Of a stretch of 64,000 nucleotides of DNA, positions 1 to 10,134 are shown piece after piece. This DNA is from a virus. Its lineage: Duplodnaviria > Heunggongvirae > Uroviricota > Caudoviricetes. Position 1 is the first letter of the stretch. Each line of letters opens with the position of its first letter. The stretch spans positions 96,001-160,000 of IMG/VR virus record IMGVR_UViG_3300009709_000001. One strand, 5' to 3'. Below the pieces are notes generated by a model. It saw only the letters and a list, made by a program, of their open reading frames with translations. It ran no database searches and was not told the origin of the DNA. A program made the translations under genes and the position numbers.

Positions 1-243
1 GGTCTTAACCAATGGCATAACCTGTGTCCAATTCGGATTGTTAAAATACTGCGCGATGTAGTCTTTTGCGGTGCCTACATTATTCAGGTTGATATTGATA
101 TAGTACTCGAACGGGAATCTTGGTTGATTCCTGTAGAGTGCCTGCGAATCTTGATTGAAGTTATAGGTGGCATGGCGTGGGTTCTTTTCATAAAAGAACC
201 CGGCGCCTGTCAGTGACGTGAATAAGCTTGAGAATGATGGCAT
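1..243 (-). CDS. tail tube-like / baseplate tube protein, N-terminal part (runs off window)
   Basis: ATG at 243, open to the window edge (MPSFSSLFTSLTGAGFFYEKNPRHA...QPRFPFEYYININLN...MPLVKT); the PRFxFxY..LVK pattern recalls gp19-family paralogues; lies downstream of the tube gene. Confidence 0.5.
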   Translation of the reverse strand, partial: MPSFSSLFTSLTGAGFFYEKNPRHATYNFNQDSQALYRNQPRFPFEYYININLNNVGTAKDYIAQYFNNPNWTQVMPLVKT

Positions 244-248
244 ACCCT

Positions 249-1163
249 TTATTTATCATCGAGAGTGTTTAACAGATTTCCATCTTTGTCAAATATCATA
301 AATTTGAAATTATATCCGGCGTCTAGACAGGCTTGACGTTTTTCAAAATGCCTTTTCTGTTCATTAGAAAATGTCCATTTGGATTTAACTTCGATAATTA
401 GATTCTCTTTAGGAATGTAAATATCCGGGAAATAATAATGTTGCTCACCGATTTCATCAAAATATTTTATCCTCGGCTTATCTTGTGTATCAATACTAAT
501 TTCAGATTCATTATACTTCTCTAAAAGATATGTAATGGCAAATGGTTCATAGCCCTGGACCTTCGAAATTTTCCCACTCGGCAAGGTATAGTCTTTAGTT
601 CGATATAATCGTTTTACTATTTTATCATATATTTCTGCATTTTGTGAAACATTTGTAACACCATATTTTTCAATATTGGTCTTAACTTTCTTATCCTGAG
701 TTTCCTGTAACTTAGAATGATGTTCGACGCCATATTTTTCTAAATTCGTATCTCGTGTTTTATTCTTCAATAATTTCAATTGTTGTGGTTTTTCCACACC
801 ATATTTTTCTAAATTACTTTGTCTGGTCTTAATCTGAAATTCTTCAAGCATTTGAGGTTTTTCAGTACCATATCTTTCGATATTTGTATCTTTTATTTTT
901 TGTTTGAATACATCTAAATCCATTGCATTAGTAATTCCCTCACCATATTTTTCAGTAAACGAATCTTTAATTTTTTGCTTAATTTCTTTTGATTTAGATG
1001 GATTGGTTACACCATATTTTTCTAATGATGTTTGTTTTGATTTTATTGCATTGCCAATGTGACGGCAGGAAGAAGAACAATATTTCTTATATTGTCCGTT
1101 CTTCCTGTGTTCTAAAACCAGAGTTTTACAATCCGGATTATTGCATTTTTGACCATTTTCCAT
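249..1163 (-). CDS. putative homing endonuclease: Cys-rich N-terminus, (T/S)N(L/I)EKYG repeats, C-terminal PD-(D/E)XK domain
   Basis: six E(K/R)YG repeats; YFPDIYIPKENLIIEVKS nuclease motif; inserted between tail genes; paralogue at 31388-32212. Confidence 0.75.
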   Translation of the reverse strand: MENGQKCNNPDCKTLVLEHRKNGQYKKYCSSSCRHIGNAIKSKQTSLEKYGVTNPSKSKEIKQKIKDSFTEKYGEGITNAMDLDVFKQKIKDTNIERYGTEKPQMLEEFQIKTRQSNLEKYGVEKPQQLKLLKNKTRDTNLEKYGVEHHSKLQETQDKKVKTNIEKYGVTNVSQNAEIYDKIVKRLYRTKDYTLPSGKISKVQGYEPFAITYLLEKYNESEISIDTQDKPRIKYFDEIGEQHYYFPDIYIPKENLIIEVKSKWTFSNEQKRHFEKRQACLDAGYNFKFMIFDKDGNLLNTLDDK

Positions 1164-1211
1164 AAAATACCTCTATAAATTTGTTTATAAAAGTATTTAT
1201 CAAAATACCCG

Positions 1212-1826
1212 TCACCCGAATGTAGTACCACCAGTTGGGCTGGCGATATCTGGATATGGATTTCCGCCGACTGTTGTACCATCGTTGGTATTTGGACCTG
1301 CGACTTGTGTTGCATTGTCGAAACGAACTGTCAATGTGATGATGTTAGGATCACCACTTGCATAGTCGCCGTCGCCATACGCCACAGCTTGCAACCAGCA
1401 TCCGTCTAAGACCCATGATTCGAGTTGATCGTTATCAGTACCATCAAGAGAATGAATTTCCATAGAGAACTTGTAGTTAATACCGGCTACGGCACTAGTC
1501 TGTTCGAAGTGGTTCATCTGTTTCTGGACCTGTGCACCAACTGCGGACACAACAGAGTTAATCAAGTCATCACGCAAGGTGATTTCAATAGGATCGAAGG
1601 TATGCTTACCAAAGATCCAAGCAACCGAGTTGTACGAGTCTAGCTGAACTTCGTTGTAAGTAATCTTAGGACGAGTAACGGTGACAACGTTAGCAGTCAT
1701 CTCACGGAGACCATTGTTTTCACCGAAGTTTTGCCAGATAACTCTAAAACGATATTTCTGCTTTGGATGCAAAATGCCAAGCTTATTTCCATCAAGTGGA
1801 ATACCGAATTTTGCTAAATTTGCCAT
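1212..1826 (-). CDS. tail tube protein (T4 gp19-like)
   Basis: PKQKYRFRV, GKHTFDPIEITLRDD, WVLDGCWLQAVAYGDGDY motifs; directly downstream of the sheath gene; late promoter upstream. Confidence 0.9.
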   Translation of the reverse strand: MANLAKFGIPLDGNKLGILHPKQKYRFRVIWQNFGENNGLREMTANVVTVTRPKITYNEVQLDSYNSVAWIFGKHTFDPIEITLRDDLINSVVSAVGAQVQKQMNHFEQTSAVAGINYKFSMEIHSLDGTDNDQLESWVLDGCWLQAVAYGDGDYASGDPNIITLTVRFDNATQVAGPNTNDGTTVGGNPYPDIASPTGGTTFG

Positions 1827-1854
1827 CTTTTTCTCCTGCTTAGAAAGCTACAAC

Positions 1855-1862
1855 TATTTATC
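1855..1862 (-). promoter_or_regulatory. late promoter motif GATAAATA (tail tube)
   Basis: variant of the T4 late -10 box TATAAATA, about 30 nt upstream of the ATG; the motif recurs before many late-type genes. Confidence 0.7.
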
Positions 1863-1954
1863 AAATAACCGAAATTATTTTTCAGTGGCCTTCGCATCGA
1901 GTATTTATCCAAAAAGAAACCGCCTCAGGGGCGGTTCCTTGATATACCTAATAA

Positions 1955-4519
1955 TTAGGTTAGGCTTGAACCAGTATTCTTGATACGGATTGGGATATAA
2001 ATGTATTCGATTGCCTTAACTGGCTGAATAGCAATATCAATCCACAATTCGTTTCTATCGATACGAGCTGGTGTGTTGTTGCTCAAATCGCAAACAACGA
2101 TAAAGTCATACAATGCACGGAGTGTGATAAGTTCCGAAAGGAATCTATCAAACGCATCCTTGACTGCCTTACGAGTTGTGGAATCGTTTGGCTCGAACAA
2201 GAATGGTTGTGCAAGGTTGTTCAATTGATAACGAAGATAGTTTTCTAGACGAACAACGTTAATACGATCGGTTGCACTTGCGTATGGTTGACGTGTCTTC
2301 TGACCGAACACAACAATACCACCTGTTGGCATTACGCGGATTGGGTTAATACCGTTAATGTAAAGAATGTCACGCTGACCTTCATTCAATTTAACTGGAA
2401 TGTATTGACCTTCATCGTTAACATAACCAACCGAAGCAGCGTTGTTGACAATACCGCGTTGCAAACCTGCCGGTGCGAACCATGGGTAAGCAACCTGGTC
2501 GTTGTAAGCAATGGTGCGAAGTGCCATGTGCGATGGTGGAACAACTACGTCTGTACCGTCGAGGTTAGTCGACAAGCCACTTGGATACCATGCAGCGAAA
2601 TACTTGCTTGCAGAAACCAAACCATCTGCACCGTTACCGAATGCATTGCTGTGGTTAGTAGCCCAATTCTGAAGAGCTGTGCCAGTTGCATTCAATGTGA
2701 ATGGCGTATCACCGACAACAAATGCAGTCTCCTTACGGTCTTCGTTGAGTGCCAACATTTCATCAATTGCTTCAACATAGCCCGGAGCAGCAATCAAGTT
2801 ATAGAACAAGTCTTCTGCACGGATGTCTTCGTTCGAAACGATAGCAGATTGGATGCCCTTAACGATAACAATGTTCTGTGCGGCTGCACCCATGTATGGA
2901 ACACCACCTGGATTGTTACCAGAAGTGGTAACCCAACGGCCTAGGGAGCCATTGTTGGTGTCATCAGGTTGAGCTGGAACGCTGTCAAAGACATACGGAT
3001 TCTGCCATTCCTTGACATTATTTGTCGAGTAACGAGTATTCCACAACAGGAATCCCTTTGGATACAAGTCTGCATCTGGTGCATCTGGGTCCAAGTCTGG
3101 ATTCGAACCGCCACCGTTGTTTTCACCGGAATAAGAACCGTCGTGATACATTGGATTTGGACGTGCATCAGTAAAGATGATACCATTTGGAGTTGTCTGA
3201 TCGGAATTGTTTACCAAGACCCATGCAGTACCGCTCCAACGATAGATAACCGGATATGGAGCTACATCAGTGTCAACCCAAATGTCACCTTGGCTCAATA
3301 TCGGTGCAGGGACGTTGTCACGTGGATCTGCCGATTGTGTATACAAGGTTGGCTGTCCTGGAAGAACAGTCATTGTAAAACCTTCTAGGTTGATGTTCTG
3401 CCAGCTACCAGCACCGTCAGCAATAAGAATATCGACTGTTGATTGGCCGTTGCCGTCAACACCAACTTCTGCATTGAACCAGAGCTGACCATTTGCAGGA
3501 CCCTGTGTTGGAACACTTTCGCTACCAACGATAACTGCTAGAGGAGCCCAAGGACCGGTTGTACCAGTTGCCTTACGGAATTGGAACGAGTTAACTGTAA
3601 TAGCACCGATACCAGTAATTACTGGTTCGATGTAGACTTGACCGTTAGAGCCTGCCGGATTGGTGCTGTAATAGGTATTAGCAGCAGTGTCATCCGTTAG
3701 AATTGGAGCCTCAACTTGCAAGAATTGCGATAGTGTAGCATCCATTCTACGCAAAACTAGATTTGCACCTTGTGCTGCAGACGAAGTCTTAATCCAGTAT
3801 TGCTGAGTGGTAAGGATACTTGTCAAATCTGGCCATACAGATTGAACAACAACCGAAGTACCGCCAATAGTTCCAAGCTGGACCCACGAACCGCCAGTCT
3901 TTGTCCAATAAGAAACGTTACCGGATGCAGTTTGGAAGACAATTGCATAGTCTCCGTTAACACCATCACCAGCGACTGGTGTGTTTGTTGTGCCGGTTGC
4001 AAAGTTGTAGATGAAACTAATCGGTACAGATACCCAAATTTCATTAGGGAATGTTCCGGAACGTGTAAACAAGCCATATGCGGAACCATTTGGCAATGCC
4101 GATTCATCAAACCAGTAAGTTCCAACAGCAGCTGGGCTAGTTGGCTGGATCGAGGATGGCTGTAATTGCAAGGTGTTTACATCTGCACGAACAACTCTAA
4201 CTAGGTTAGAAATGCCGAGATACGAATAAGCTGCGAGCAAACCATATTCATTTAATGGATAGCCATTAAGTGGTGTTCCGCTGATTTCGTAGAAGATTGG
4301 GTCGCCGAAAGTCTGGACTAGGTCACGCTGGGAAGTAATGGAATATACCTTACCAGCATTCGCCTTTGTTGTACCAGGTGCAATAGACGCACCGTCAGGA
4401 GTCGATTTATTCTCCTGAGTTGCGATGAAGATAAGAGGTACGGTTCCTGGACCAGCACCTACATTGATACTTTCATCAATGACGGAAATACTTACGCCAG
4501 GTGATACTAATGTAGCCAT
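1955..4519 (-). CDS. contractile tail sheath protein (T4 gp18-like)
   Basis: MATLVSPGVSISVIDES start; PWFAPAG..RG, INPI, GQKT, DRINVVRL, FLFEPND, NNTPARIDRNE, IYIPIRI C-terminal sheath motifs. Confidence 0.96.
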   Translation of the reverse strand: MATLVSPGVSISVIDESINVGAGPGTVPLIFIATQENKSTPDGASIAPGTTKANAGKVYSITSQRDLVQTFGDPIFYEISGTPLNGYPLNEYGLLAAYSYLGISNLVRVVRADVNTLQLQPSSIQPTSPAAVGTYWFDESALPNGSAYGLFTRSGTFPNEIWVSVPISFIYNFATGTTNTPVAGDGVNGDYAIVFQTASGNVSYWTKTGGSWVQLGTIGGTSVVVQSVWPDLTSILTTQQYWIKTSSAAQGANLVLRRMDATLSQFLQVEAPILTDDTAANTYYSTNPAGSNGQVYIEPVITGIGAITVNSFQFRKATGTTGPWAPLAVIVGSESVPTQGPANGQLWFNAEVGVDGNGQSTVDILIADGAGSWQNINLEGFTMTVLPGQPTLYTQSADPRDNVPAPILSQGDIWVDTDVAPYPVIYRWSGTAWVLVNNSDQTTPNGIIFTDARPNPMYHDGSYSGENNGGGSNPDLDPDAPDADLYPKGFLLWNTRYSTNNVKEWQNPYVFDSVPAQPDDTNNGSLGRWVTTSGNNPGGVPYMGAAAQNIVIVKGIQSAIVSNEDIRAEDLFYNLIAAPGYVEAIDEMLALNEDRKETAFVVGDTPFTLNATGTALQNWATNHSNAFGNGADGLVSASKYFAAWYPSGLSTNLDGTDVVVPPSHMALRTIAYNDQVAYPWFAPAGLQRGIVNNAASVGYVNDEGQYIPVKLNEGQRDILYINGINPIRVMPTGGIVVFGQKTRQPYASATDRINVVRLENYLRYQLNNLAQPFLFEPNDSTTRKAVKDAFDRFLSELITLRALYDFIVVCDLSNNTPARIDRNELWIDIAIQPVKAIEYIYIPIRIKNTGSSLT

Positions 4520-4560
4520 TGTGATTTAACTCCTTTGAAGAATTATGCTTCTGTTATGAG

Positions 4561-4568
4561 TATTTATC
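4561..4568 (-). promoter_or_regulatory. late promoter motif GATAAATA (tail sheath)
   Basis: about 40 nt upstream of the sheath ATG, which has an AGGAG SD. Confidence 0.7.
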
Positions 4569-4605
4569 TTGGAGGATGTTAAATACCAGGCAAATGAAGC
4601 GATGA

Positions 4606-5244
4606 TCACATAAGCTTAGTCATCATTTGTCGAATTTGAACATGGAGATCTTCCAATGTTCCATCATTACTTATCTCTAAATCGGGAATAACTCCGGCTG
4701 TTGCCCATTCACTAAAGTGAACATTTGGGTAATTTTTCTGCATGATGTCCTTAGCAAGCGAACTTCCGTTGTTTGCCTGAACAGCAATTTCCACCCAAAC
4801 CGGAGCCGGACCACGATTCACCTTAACAAGTGTGCCACCGTTTTCGCGAATGAATTTCACTTCGTTAGGAAATCGTACATCACTAATGACTACATTTTGA
4901 GAAGGATCCTTTCTAATCTTGTTTAGGACAGTCAAGAACCACATATCTTCATCGAAATTATTTCTGATAACATCGGTGCCCATGAGTTGCAATGCCATTC
5001 TTGGGCTAAATCCTGGACGACCGAGTTTTTCTTCCCACCATGGATCAACCTGTTCACGCCATTCTCTAGATTTCTTGGTATCACCTTCTAGCATTTGCCT
5101 TGGCCAATCGAATAATGCGGCACAGGCATCCTTTAGACTTCCCGCAAAACTATCTTGCCTAAATCCATATTCATTCGCCAATTGCGAGGCAACAGTGCCT
5201 TTGCCGCTACCAATATACCCGAGTAATCCAATTATTTTCGCCAA
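4606..5244 (-). CDS. deoxynucleoside monophosphate kinase (T4 gp1-like)
   Basis: IIGLLGYIGSGKGT P-loop, SFAGSLKD, PRMALQLMGTD, ISDVRFPNE; likely TTG start at 5244. Confidence 0.92.
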   Translation of the reverse strand: MAKIIGLLGYIGSGKGTVASQLANEYGFRQDSFAGSLKDACAALFDWPRQMLEGDTKKSREWREQVDPWWEEKLGRPGFSPRMALQLMGTDVIRNNFDEDMWFLTVLNKIRKDPSQNVVISDVRFPNEVKFIRENGGTLVKVNRGPAPVWVEIAVQANNGSSLAKDIMQKNYPNVHFSEWATAGVIPDLEISNDGTLEDLHVQIRQMMTKLM

Positions 5245-5960
5245 TTTAATCTTCCTTTTACCCAATTATCGGAGTCTGGTGGAACTACCGACATTATTGA
5301 ATTTATTCCATTGTTCCACCAGACCCGACCTTTTGTTACTCTTCCTTCTGTCCATCCTGGACCCGGGCATGCATCAGACTTTATATCTTCAATACCATTG
5401 TTCCACCAAGGCTTCTTTGCACTCTTTTTTTGTTTTTCTCTTGATTCTACAGAATGAAACCCAATACCCTGCTCTTTACATCTTAACCCGTTTTCAATTC
5501 TCTTTTCTAAGGAAATTCCGCAAACACCAGTTTTATTTCTTTTATTGGTTTCGCCGGCCTTCTTTGAATTTTCTTTACGGTCGGCTAATGTCAATTTATG
5601 AAATCCAATCTTAAGATCGCGACACTTGATGCCTGCACGAATAGAGATTTCTCTTTTCTCCTCGCCGGTAATTAGCCAATTTCCATTGGAATGCTTATTC
5701 AAGTAGTTTGGCCATCTCATTGTCCACCGATTAACTCTCATTTCCCAATTTATTGCAGATTCTCGATTATCGAATACTCTCCGTATTTCTATTTCAAAAT
5801 CTTCTTTTCCATGGAGTTCGATAATTTGTTTCACACTCTTTGAGGATGTAAAGTAGGTAGAAAATAAATCCGACGGGCAACAACCACTTGCATACCTAAC
5901 TCCATAATAATATTTGTTTTCAGATCGGGAATAGATTCGATATGTATAAGGTGTTGTCAT
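5232..5960 (-). CDS. GIY-YIG-related (Seg-like) homing endonuclease
   Basis: PYTYRI..YYYGVR..YFTSS N-terminus; two WWNNG repeats typical of homing endonuclease DNA-binding tails. Confidence 0.75.
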   Translation of the reverse strand: MTTPYTYRIYSRSENKYYYGVRYASGCCPSDLFSTYFTSSKSVKQIIELHGKEDFEIEIRRVFDNRESAINWEMRVNRWTMRWPNYLNKHSNGNWLITGEEKREISIRAGIKCRDLKIGFHKLTLADRKENSKKAGETNKRNKTGVCGISLEKRIENGLRCKEQGIGFHSVESREKQKKSAKKPWWNNGIEDIKSDACPGPGWTEGRVTKGRVWWNNGINSIMSVVPPDSDNWVKGRLNWRK

Positions 5961-6079
5961 ACGACTATTTACCACAGTCGCCCTAACAATCCAATAATCA
6001 CGAATCACCCATAAGAAAACCCCTAAATGTTTATTCTGTAGTTATACAGATTCATTTAGGGGTTCGCAATTTTTTTCGT

Positions 6080-6832
6080 TTAGCCAATTATGAAACCGTA
6101 ACCATCTCCAGATACTACCATATTCATTAATTGCTCTTCAAGTTTGTCCATTTCGGCTTGAGCTTCTTGTTTAATGGTAGCACCATTAAACATGACATTT
6201 CCATTCGGTCCAGGGAATCCGGATGGAAACTTATCTCTTGCCTCACCAAGTGTGTACTTCGCATAAGCAGTCGAATACTGTCTTAACCAAGGACCGACAT
6301 AAGGATCATTGATCATATCATCTTCGGACTTTCTTGCATAAACTCTAACCGCAACTTCTTCATCGGCTGTTGGACGACGAATAATGGTTAGAAGCTTGTT
6401 GTTCACATCCCAGGTGAAGTTATACTGGCTGGCAAAAACACGTTCGGTAGTTTCAAGAAACTGATTATAGAAATCCCAAGTAGCTAAACCACCTGATCTG
6501 TTAGGTTGTAACAGATAGATGTTATAAAATGCAGCATCAACCGGGTCAAAATTGATACCACCATTGGTATATGCACCGACACCACGGCGGTAAAGACGTC
6601 TCACCTCTTGCACCTCATCTGGAAGTGTATACTCTGTAATGTTCCGCGTAATGTGTAGAAAAATATCCTTCTCTAACAATGCTCCATCAGATCTTTGGCG
6701 GACCTTTTGAAGAGCAACCGTAATCGCAAGTTCTAGGTGTTGTACGTCAAGTTCAATATCAACCATTTGCGCACCGAGGGCTAGCTCGATTTGCTTCATT
6801 AACAAAACTCTAGGTGTTATCTGTGCGGACAT
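6080..6832 (-). CDS. neck protein (T4 gp13-like)
   Basis: LGAQMVDIELD, EYTLPDEV..VRR, WLRQY..A.AK..LGEAR.KF, GP.G...NG motifs; late promoter at 6856-6863. Confidence 0.88.
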   Translation of the reverse strand: MSAQITPRVLLMKQIELALGAQMVDIELDVQHLELAITVALQKVRQRSDGALLEKDIFLHITRNITEYTLPDEVQEVRRLYRRGVGAYTNGGINFDPVDAAFYNIYLLQPNRSGGLATWDFYNQFLETTERVFASQYNFTWDVNNKLLTIIRRPTADEEVAVRVYARKSEDDMINDPYVGPWLRQYSTAYAKYTLGEARDKFPSGFPGPNGNVMFNGATIKQEAQAEMDKLEEQLMNMVVSGDGYGFIIG

Positions 6833-6861
6833 CGTGTATCACTCCAATGATACACTATTTA

Positions 6862-7344
6862 TCAAACCTCCCAGCACTTTCCTTGTCGGTAAGCGATGGC
6901 CATCGCTTTTGCATCATCGAGAGCATTGTGGATATCGAAATTATTGTCCATGACGATTTGCTCTGCATCGTCATTCATTACCACAAATTTGTAGTAATCG
7001 GTTTTTGCTAAGTTTGCTGGCCACAATGAAGTCATCTGAATCAAACGCTTCAAATGTGGAAAGTCCCAAGACACATTATCGAGTCCAAGGATACACGGTT
7101 CCCCGAGATCTTCAATCCATTGTGCAATTTTCAAAGCACAAGCATACTCGGACATCTTATAGGGATCACCTTTGAGAATTGGCAAGACAAATTGCTTCAC
7201 AAACTCGGAGCAATCTTCCAATTCGTAGGTATCTGTCAACTCTGCATAAAACTCACGGCCATCCTCAGTGACCAGCGCAATGCTGATCAATTTGTTTTCC
7301 GGAATTAAATCCGTAAATTCCGTATCTAAAAATAGTTTAATCAT
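6862..7344 (-). CDS. 3'-5' exoribonuclease (DEDDh, Rv2179c-like)
   Basis: LFLDTEFT..LISIALV..FYAE and HNALDDA motifs. Confidence 0.85.
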   Translation of the reverse strand: MIKLFLDTEFTDLIPENKLISIALVTEDGREFYAELTDTYELEDCSEFVKQFVLPILKGDPYKMSEYACALKIAQWIEDLGEPCILGLDNVSWDFPHLKRLIQMTSLWPANLAKTDYYKFVVMNDDAEQIVMDNNFDIHNALDDAKAMAIAYRQGKCWEV

Positions 7345-7588
7345 CGAGTATCTGCCCATTGAATTTTAATTGAAATGCAGTTGCGTCTTCGTGGTTCGGA
7401 AATGCGAATACATATTTGTATCCGGAACTATATGAACACATCTCCCCCTTCTGATAAGAATCAAGATTCCATAGATAGGCAGAGCTAACAAAAATTCGAG
7501 TTTCTTTCCTTAATGGTTCAATCCACTCGATTTGTTCTTTGTTTTCATTAGTACCAGGATATGGACGAGCAATATTAATTCTGATCAT
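7337..7588 (-). CDS. small hypothetical protein (F..E.DA..F.L(K/R)(F/W)G family)
   Basis: C-terminal FPNHEDATAFQLKFNG; overlapping-gene arrangement. Confidence 0.65.
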   Translation of the reverse strand: MIRINIARPYPGTNENKEQIEWIEPLRKETRIFVSSAYLWNLDSYQKGEMCSYSSGYKYVFAFPNHEDATAFQLKFNGQILDD

Positions 7589-7785
7589 ACACCGAACCTC
7601 AATTTATAGGCTACTGCATCTTCTGTTCTGAAAATATCCAGGTCGTTATTTTTACTTGTCAGATGTGAATTGGCTTCGGATTTATTGTAATAAATTACCC
7701 AATCCTTGCCATAACTACCGACATTGCTCTCAATCCAACGCAGTAAAGTCGATGTTTGAACATCGGTAGGAATTTTAACTATCAT
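7585..7785 (-). CDS. small hypothetical protein (same C-terminal family)
   Basis: C-terminal FRTEDAVAYKLRFGV. Confidence 0.65.
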   Translation of the reverse strand: MIVKIPTDVQTSTLLRWIESNVGSYGKDWVIYYNKSEANSHLTSKNNDLDIFRTEDAVAYKLRFGV

Positions 7786-8146
7786 TTTTGAAATAGGTTA
7801 CTGGATTTCCGGCAACAGCCAGAGCAAGAAATGTTGTAAATTGATCCCATTCCGGATTTATTGTCGGTAACCTATCGTCAGCTATAATGATGCTAGGAGT
7901 GATTCCTTTACAACCAAATTCCGAATGAACAAACATAATGGTCATATAATTATCGAAAGAGACTCTATGCCGAAAATTTTCTCTTCTAGATGGCATTAAC
8001 CAACTCGGTACTTCACTAAACTTATCGAGCATAGCTTGTTTGAAGACTTTTATATCTTCAACCGAATTAAGTGCAACAAGGATAGTCTGTCCTCTTTTAT
8101 ACAAGACCAACATTGCCAAAAAGTTCAATACCTCATCTTTGTTCAT
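7775..8146 (-). CDS. hypothetical protein resembling a fragment of the large-terminase ATPase domain
   Basis: EVPSWLMP....RVSFDN....GCKGITPSIIIADD parallels gp17-type LP.(W/F)L.PG...N...I.FDNGS.....RG....hhhhDE. Confidence 0.5.
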   Translation of the reverse strand: MNKDEVLNFLAMLVLYKRGQTILVALNSVEDIKVFKQAMLDKFSEVPSWLMPSRRENFRHRVSFDNYMTIMFVHSEFGCKGITPSIIIADDRLPTINPEWDQFTTFLALAVAGNPVTYFKNDS

Positions 8147-9312
8147 TTGTCAATTCTCAAGATTACATGATGCTCATTAATCTTGCCACCGCACGGAATA
8201 TCTACCGTGGAGAGTTCCTTTAAAAATGTGCGAAGCTTAACTTTTGTTGCCTTTTTAAACTCTGCGAGACTCTCTGCGGGCTTCCTGAGCGTTTTTTCCG
8301 CGGAATCAGCAGAAAAATTCACTAAACTCGCCCCCTTTACACTGAGTCCGTCTGCGTCAAGCGCCTTATATTGTGCAAGCTTCCTGGTTTTGGTGTTATA
8401 AACCCAAACCTCTTTGGAACCAATAATCTGAACTGGGTTCAAACTAACAATACCTAAGGAACTATCATCCTTCTTGTACTTCAGCTTCGCAATCAATTTA
8501 TCGTGGGAAACTGGTTTCTTCTTACGTGGTGCACGAACAACCTTAGCCACTTCTTGGAACATATCGCATGCGCCGAGAATATTCTTGTAAAGCTGACTGA
8601 ACTTCTTCAGTTCTGGTTTTGTAAAGTTGGAATATGCTTCGACAAGGTCTTTGTCCTTGCCTTCTAGAACTTCTTCAATTTCCGCAGATCTAGATTCGAA
8701 GATTGCAAACAGATGACGAGCGTGCGGTCCCTTCAGATCGTTTGCTTTGAAGAGGGAAACAAAATCTTCGACGCTTTTAGGTGTGGATTTAGGGTCCATG
8801 ACAAAATCGTCTAACCACCCCTCCACTTCCCCTGCGACTTCCCTTGCCTTCTCCCTGATCCGGTCCTGGATTGAGATAACCACTTTAGGTACTGCTTCAA
8901 CATTTGTATCAGCGTCATCTTTCTTCTTGAGACGGGCAGTCTCCTGACGTAACGCGTCTTCCTTCGCCTCTTCCTCATCCAGTATCTTCTCAAGTGCTGG
9001 CATAAGCTTCGGGAATACTTCTTCCGGAATATCACTGCCATGGTTTAAAATATACATATATTTACCGACCGTGACAAACCTATTCTCGTCCTTATCCTTA
9101 ATGCGATCAAGGAACGGATGCTTTGCATCGATACTCTTTAGATATTTGATGACTTCTTTCTTTAGGTCAATCGCACTCATCTCATAATGAGCGTAGAGCA
9201 TCGCGCCTTGAAAGTTTGATTTGAAGTTTTTATGTGTTTTGACCGTCTGTGCGAAGTTGGGCTTAGGCCACGACACGTGAACGCCAGATGATACTTGTCT
9301 CTTTCCTGCCAT
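8143..9312 (-). CDS. conserved T4-like phage hypothetical protein
   Basis: SIQDRIRE, LKYKK....SLNPVQIIGSKEVWVYNTKTRKL, KTLRKP motifs recalled from T4-like phage proteins. Confidence 0.7.
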   Translation of the reverse strand: MAGKRQVSSGVHVSWPKPNFAQTVKTHKNFKSNFQGAMLYAHYEMSAIDLKKEVIKYLKSIDAKHPFLDRIKDKDENRFVTVGKYMYILNHGSDIPEEVFPKLMPALEKILDEEEAKEDALRQETARLKKKDDADTNVEAVPKVVISIQDRIREKAREVAGEVEGWLDDFVMDPKSTPKSVEDFVSLFKANDLKGPHARHLFAIFESRSAEIEEVLEGKDKDLVEAYSNFTKPELKKFSQLYKNILGACDMFQEVAKVVRAPRKKKPVSHDKLIAKLKYKKDDSSLGIVSLNPVQIIGSKEVWVYNTKTRKLAQYKALDADGLSVKGASLVNFSADSAEKTLRKPAESLAEFKKATKVKLRTFLKELSTVDIPCGGKINEHHVILRIDK

Positions 9313-9417
9313 TTTCAATTTCCCTTGAAACATTTGCTATTTTAGCTTGAACTAAAATAGGAACGCAATTTTCTTGGTTCTTTGCGTTTTCAGGGTTTAT
9401 TTAGCAGACGAGGATTT

Positions 9418-9579
9418 TTAATCGGTTTCTTTGTTCTTATGCTTCTCTTTGCGGGTGAACTTTTTTGGTTCATGAGAGCCGGAACCGGAAGTTTTGGCAT
9501 GCTTCGCAACGAAGTTACGCGGCTTTGGTGCCTCGGTTTTCTTCTTTGGCTTACTTTCGAATAATTCAAGCAGTGTCAT
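9418..9579 (-). CDS. small basic hypothetical protein
   Basis: MTLLELFES..PRNFVAKHAKTSGSGSH..RKEKHK; GAGG SD upstream. Confidence 0.6.
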   Translation of the reverse strand: MTLLELFESKPKKKTEAPKPRNFVAKHAKTSGSGSHEPKKFTRKEKHKNKETD

Positions 9580-9597
9580 ATCAACCTCAAATAGAAA

Positions 9598-9672
9598 ATC
9601 AGGGATCACGGTAGCGAATCGTGATCCCCGACGACTCCTTCCGGAGTAACCCTAATGGTCCTAAGGGTGTCA
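9598..9672 (-). ncRNA. candidate small structured RNA
   Basis: follows late motif 9677-9684; stems ACCCT/AGGGT, ACTCC/GGAGT and GGGATCACG/CGTGATCCC with loop ATTCGCTAC. Confidence 0.45.
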
Positions 9673-9696
9673 GAAGTATTTATCTATTCTGACCTT

Positions 9697-10134
9697 TTAC
9701 AGAGGATCTCCTGGCCACCAACGGATCGCTACAATCATGTCGGCACCCTTTGAACGGATGTAATTATCCATTAAGCTACGAATATTATTCGCACCTACAG
9801 GATTCATACTATGAACATAGAATCTGAACTCGGGTTGCATGCCTGCTTCCGGAAGTCCTTCTAAATCCATATCTAATTCAGTCAACCATTTTGCAAAATC
9901 GTAACCACTCGGGGCAGGTGTTGCATCAGTAACAACAATCAACCCAGATTCGTCTGTATCGAATGCCTCATAGCCCAGATCGTGATCAAAACTGACCACA
10001 TCGGGAAACCCATTGCGCTCAACCCACTCGCATGCCTCTTTGTAGGAACGAACAACATGCCACGGTCCACTCTCAAGTGCAACCCAAGTGACATCACCAG
10101 GATTGCGTTCATCATCGAGAAATAATTTTTTCAT
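9697..10134 (-). CDS. cyclic-phosphate-processing receiver-domain protein
   Basis: LFLDDERNP, SFDHDLG, SGYDFAKW, HSMNPVG motifs. Confidence 0.8.
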   Translation of the reverse strand: MKKLFLDDERNPGDVTWVALESGPWHVVRSYKEACEWVERNGFPDVVSFDHDLGYEAFDTDESGLIVVTDATPAPSGYDFAKWLTELDMDLEGLPEAGMQPEFRFYVHSMNPVGANNIRSLMDNYIRSKGADMIVAIRWWPGDPL

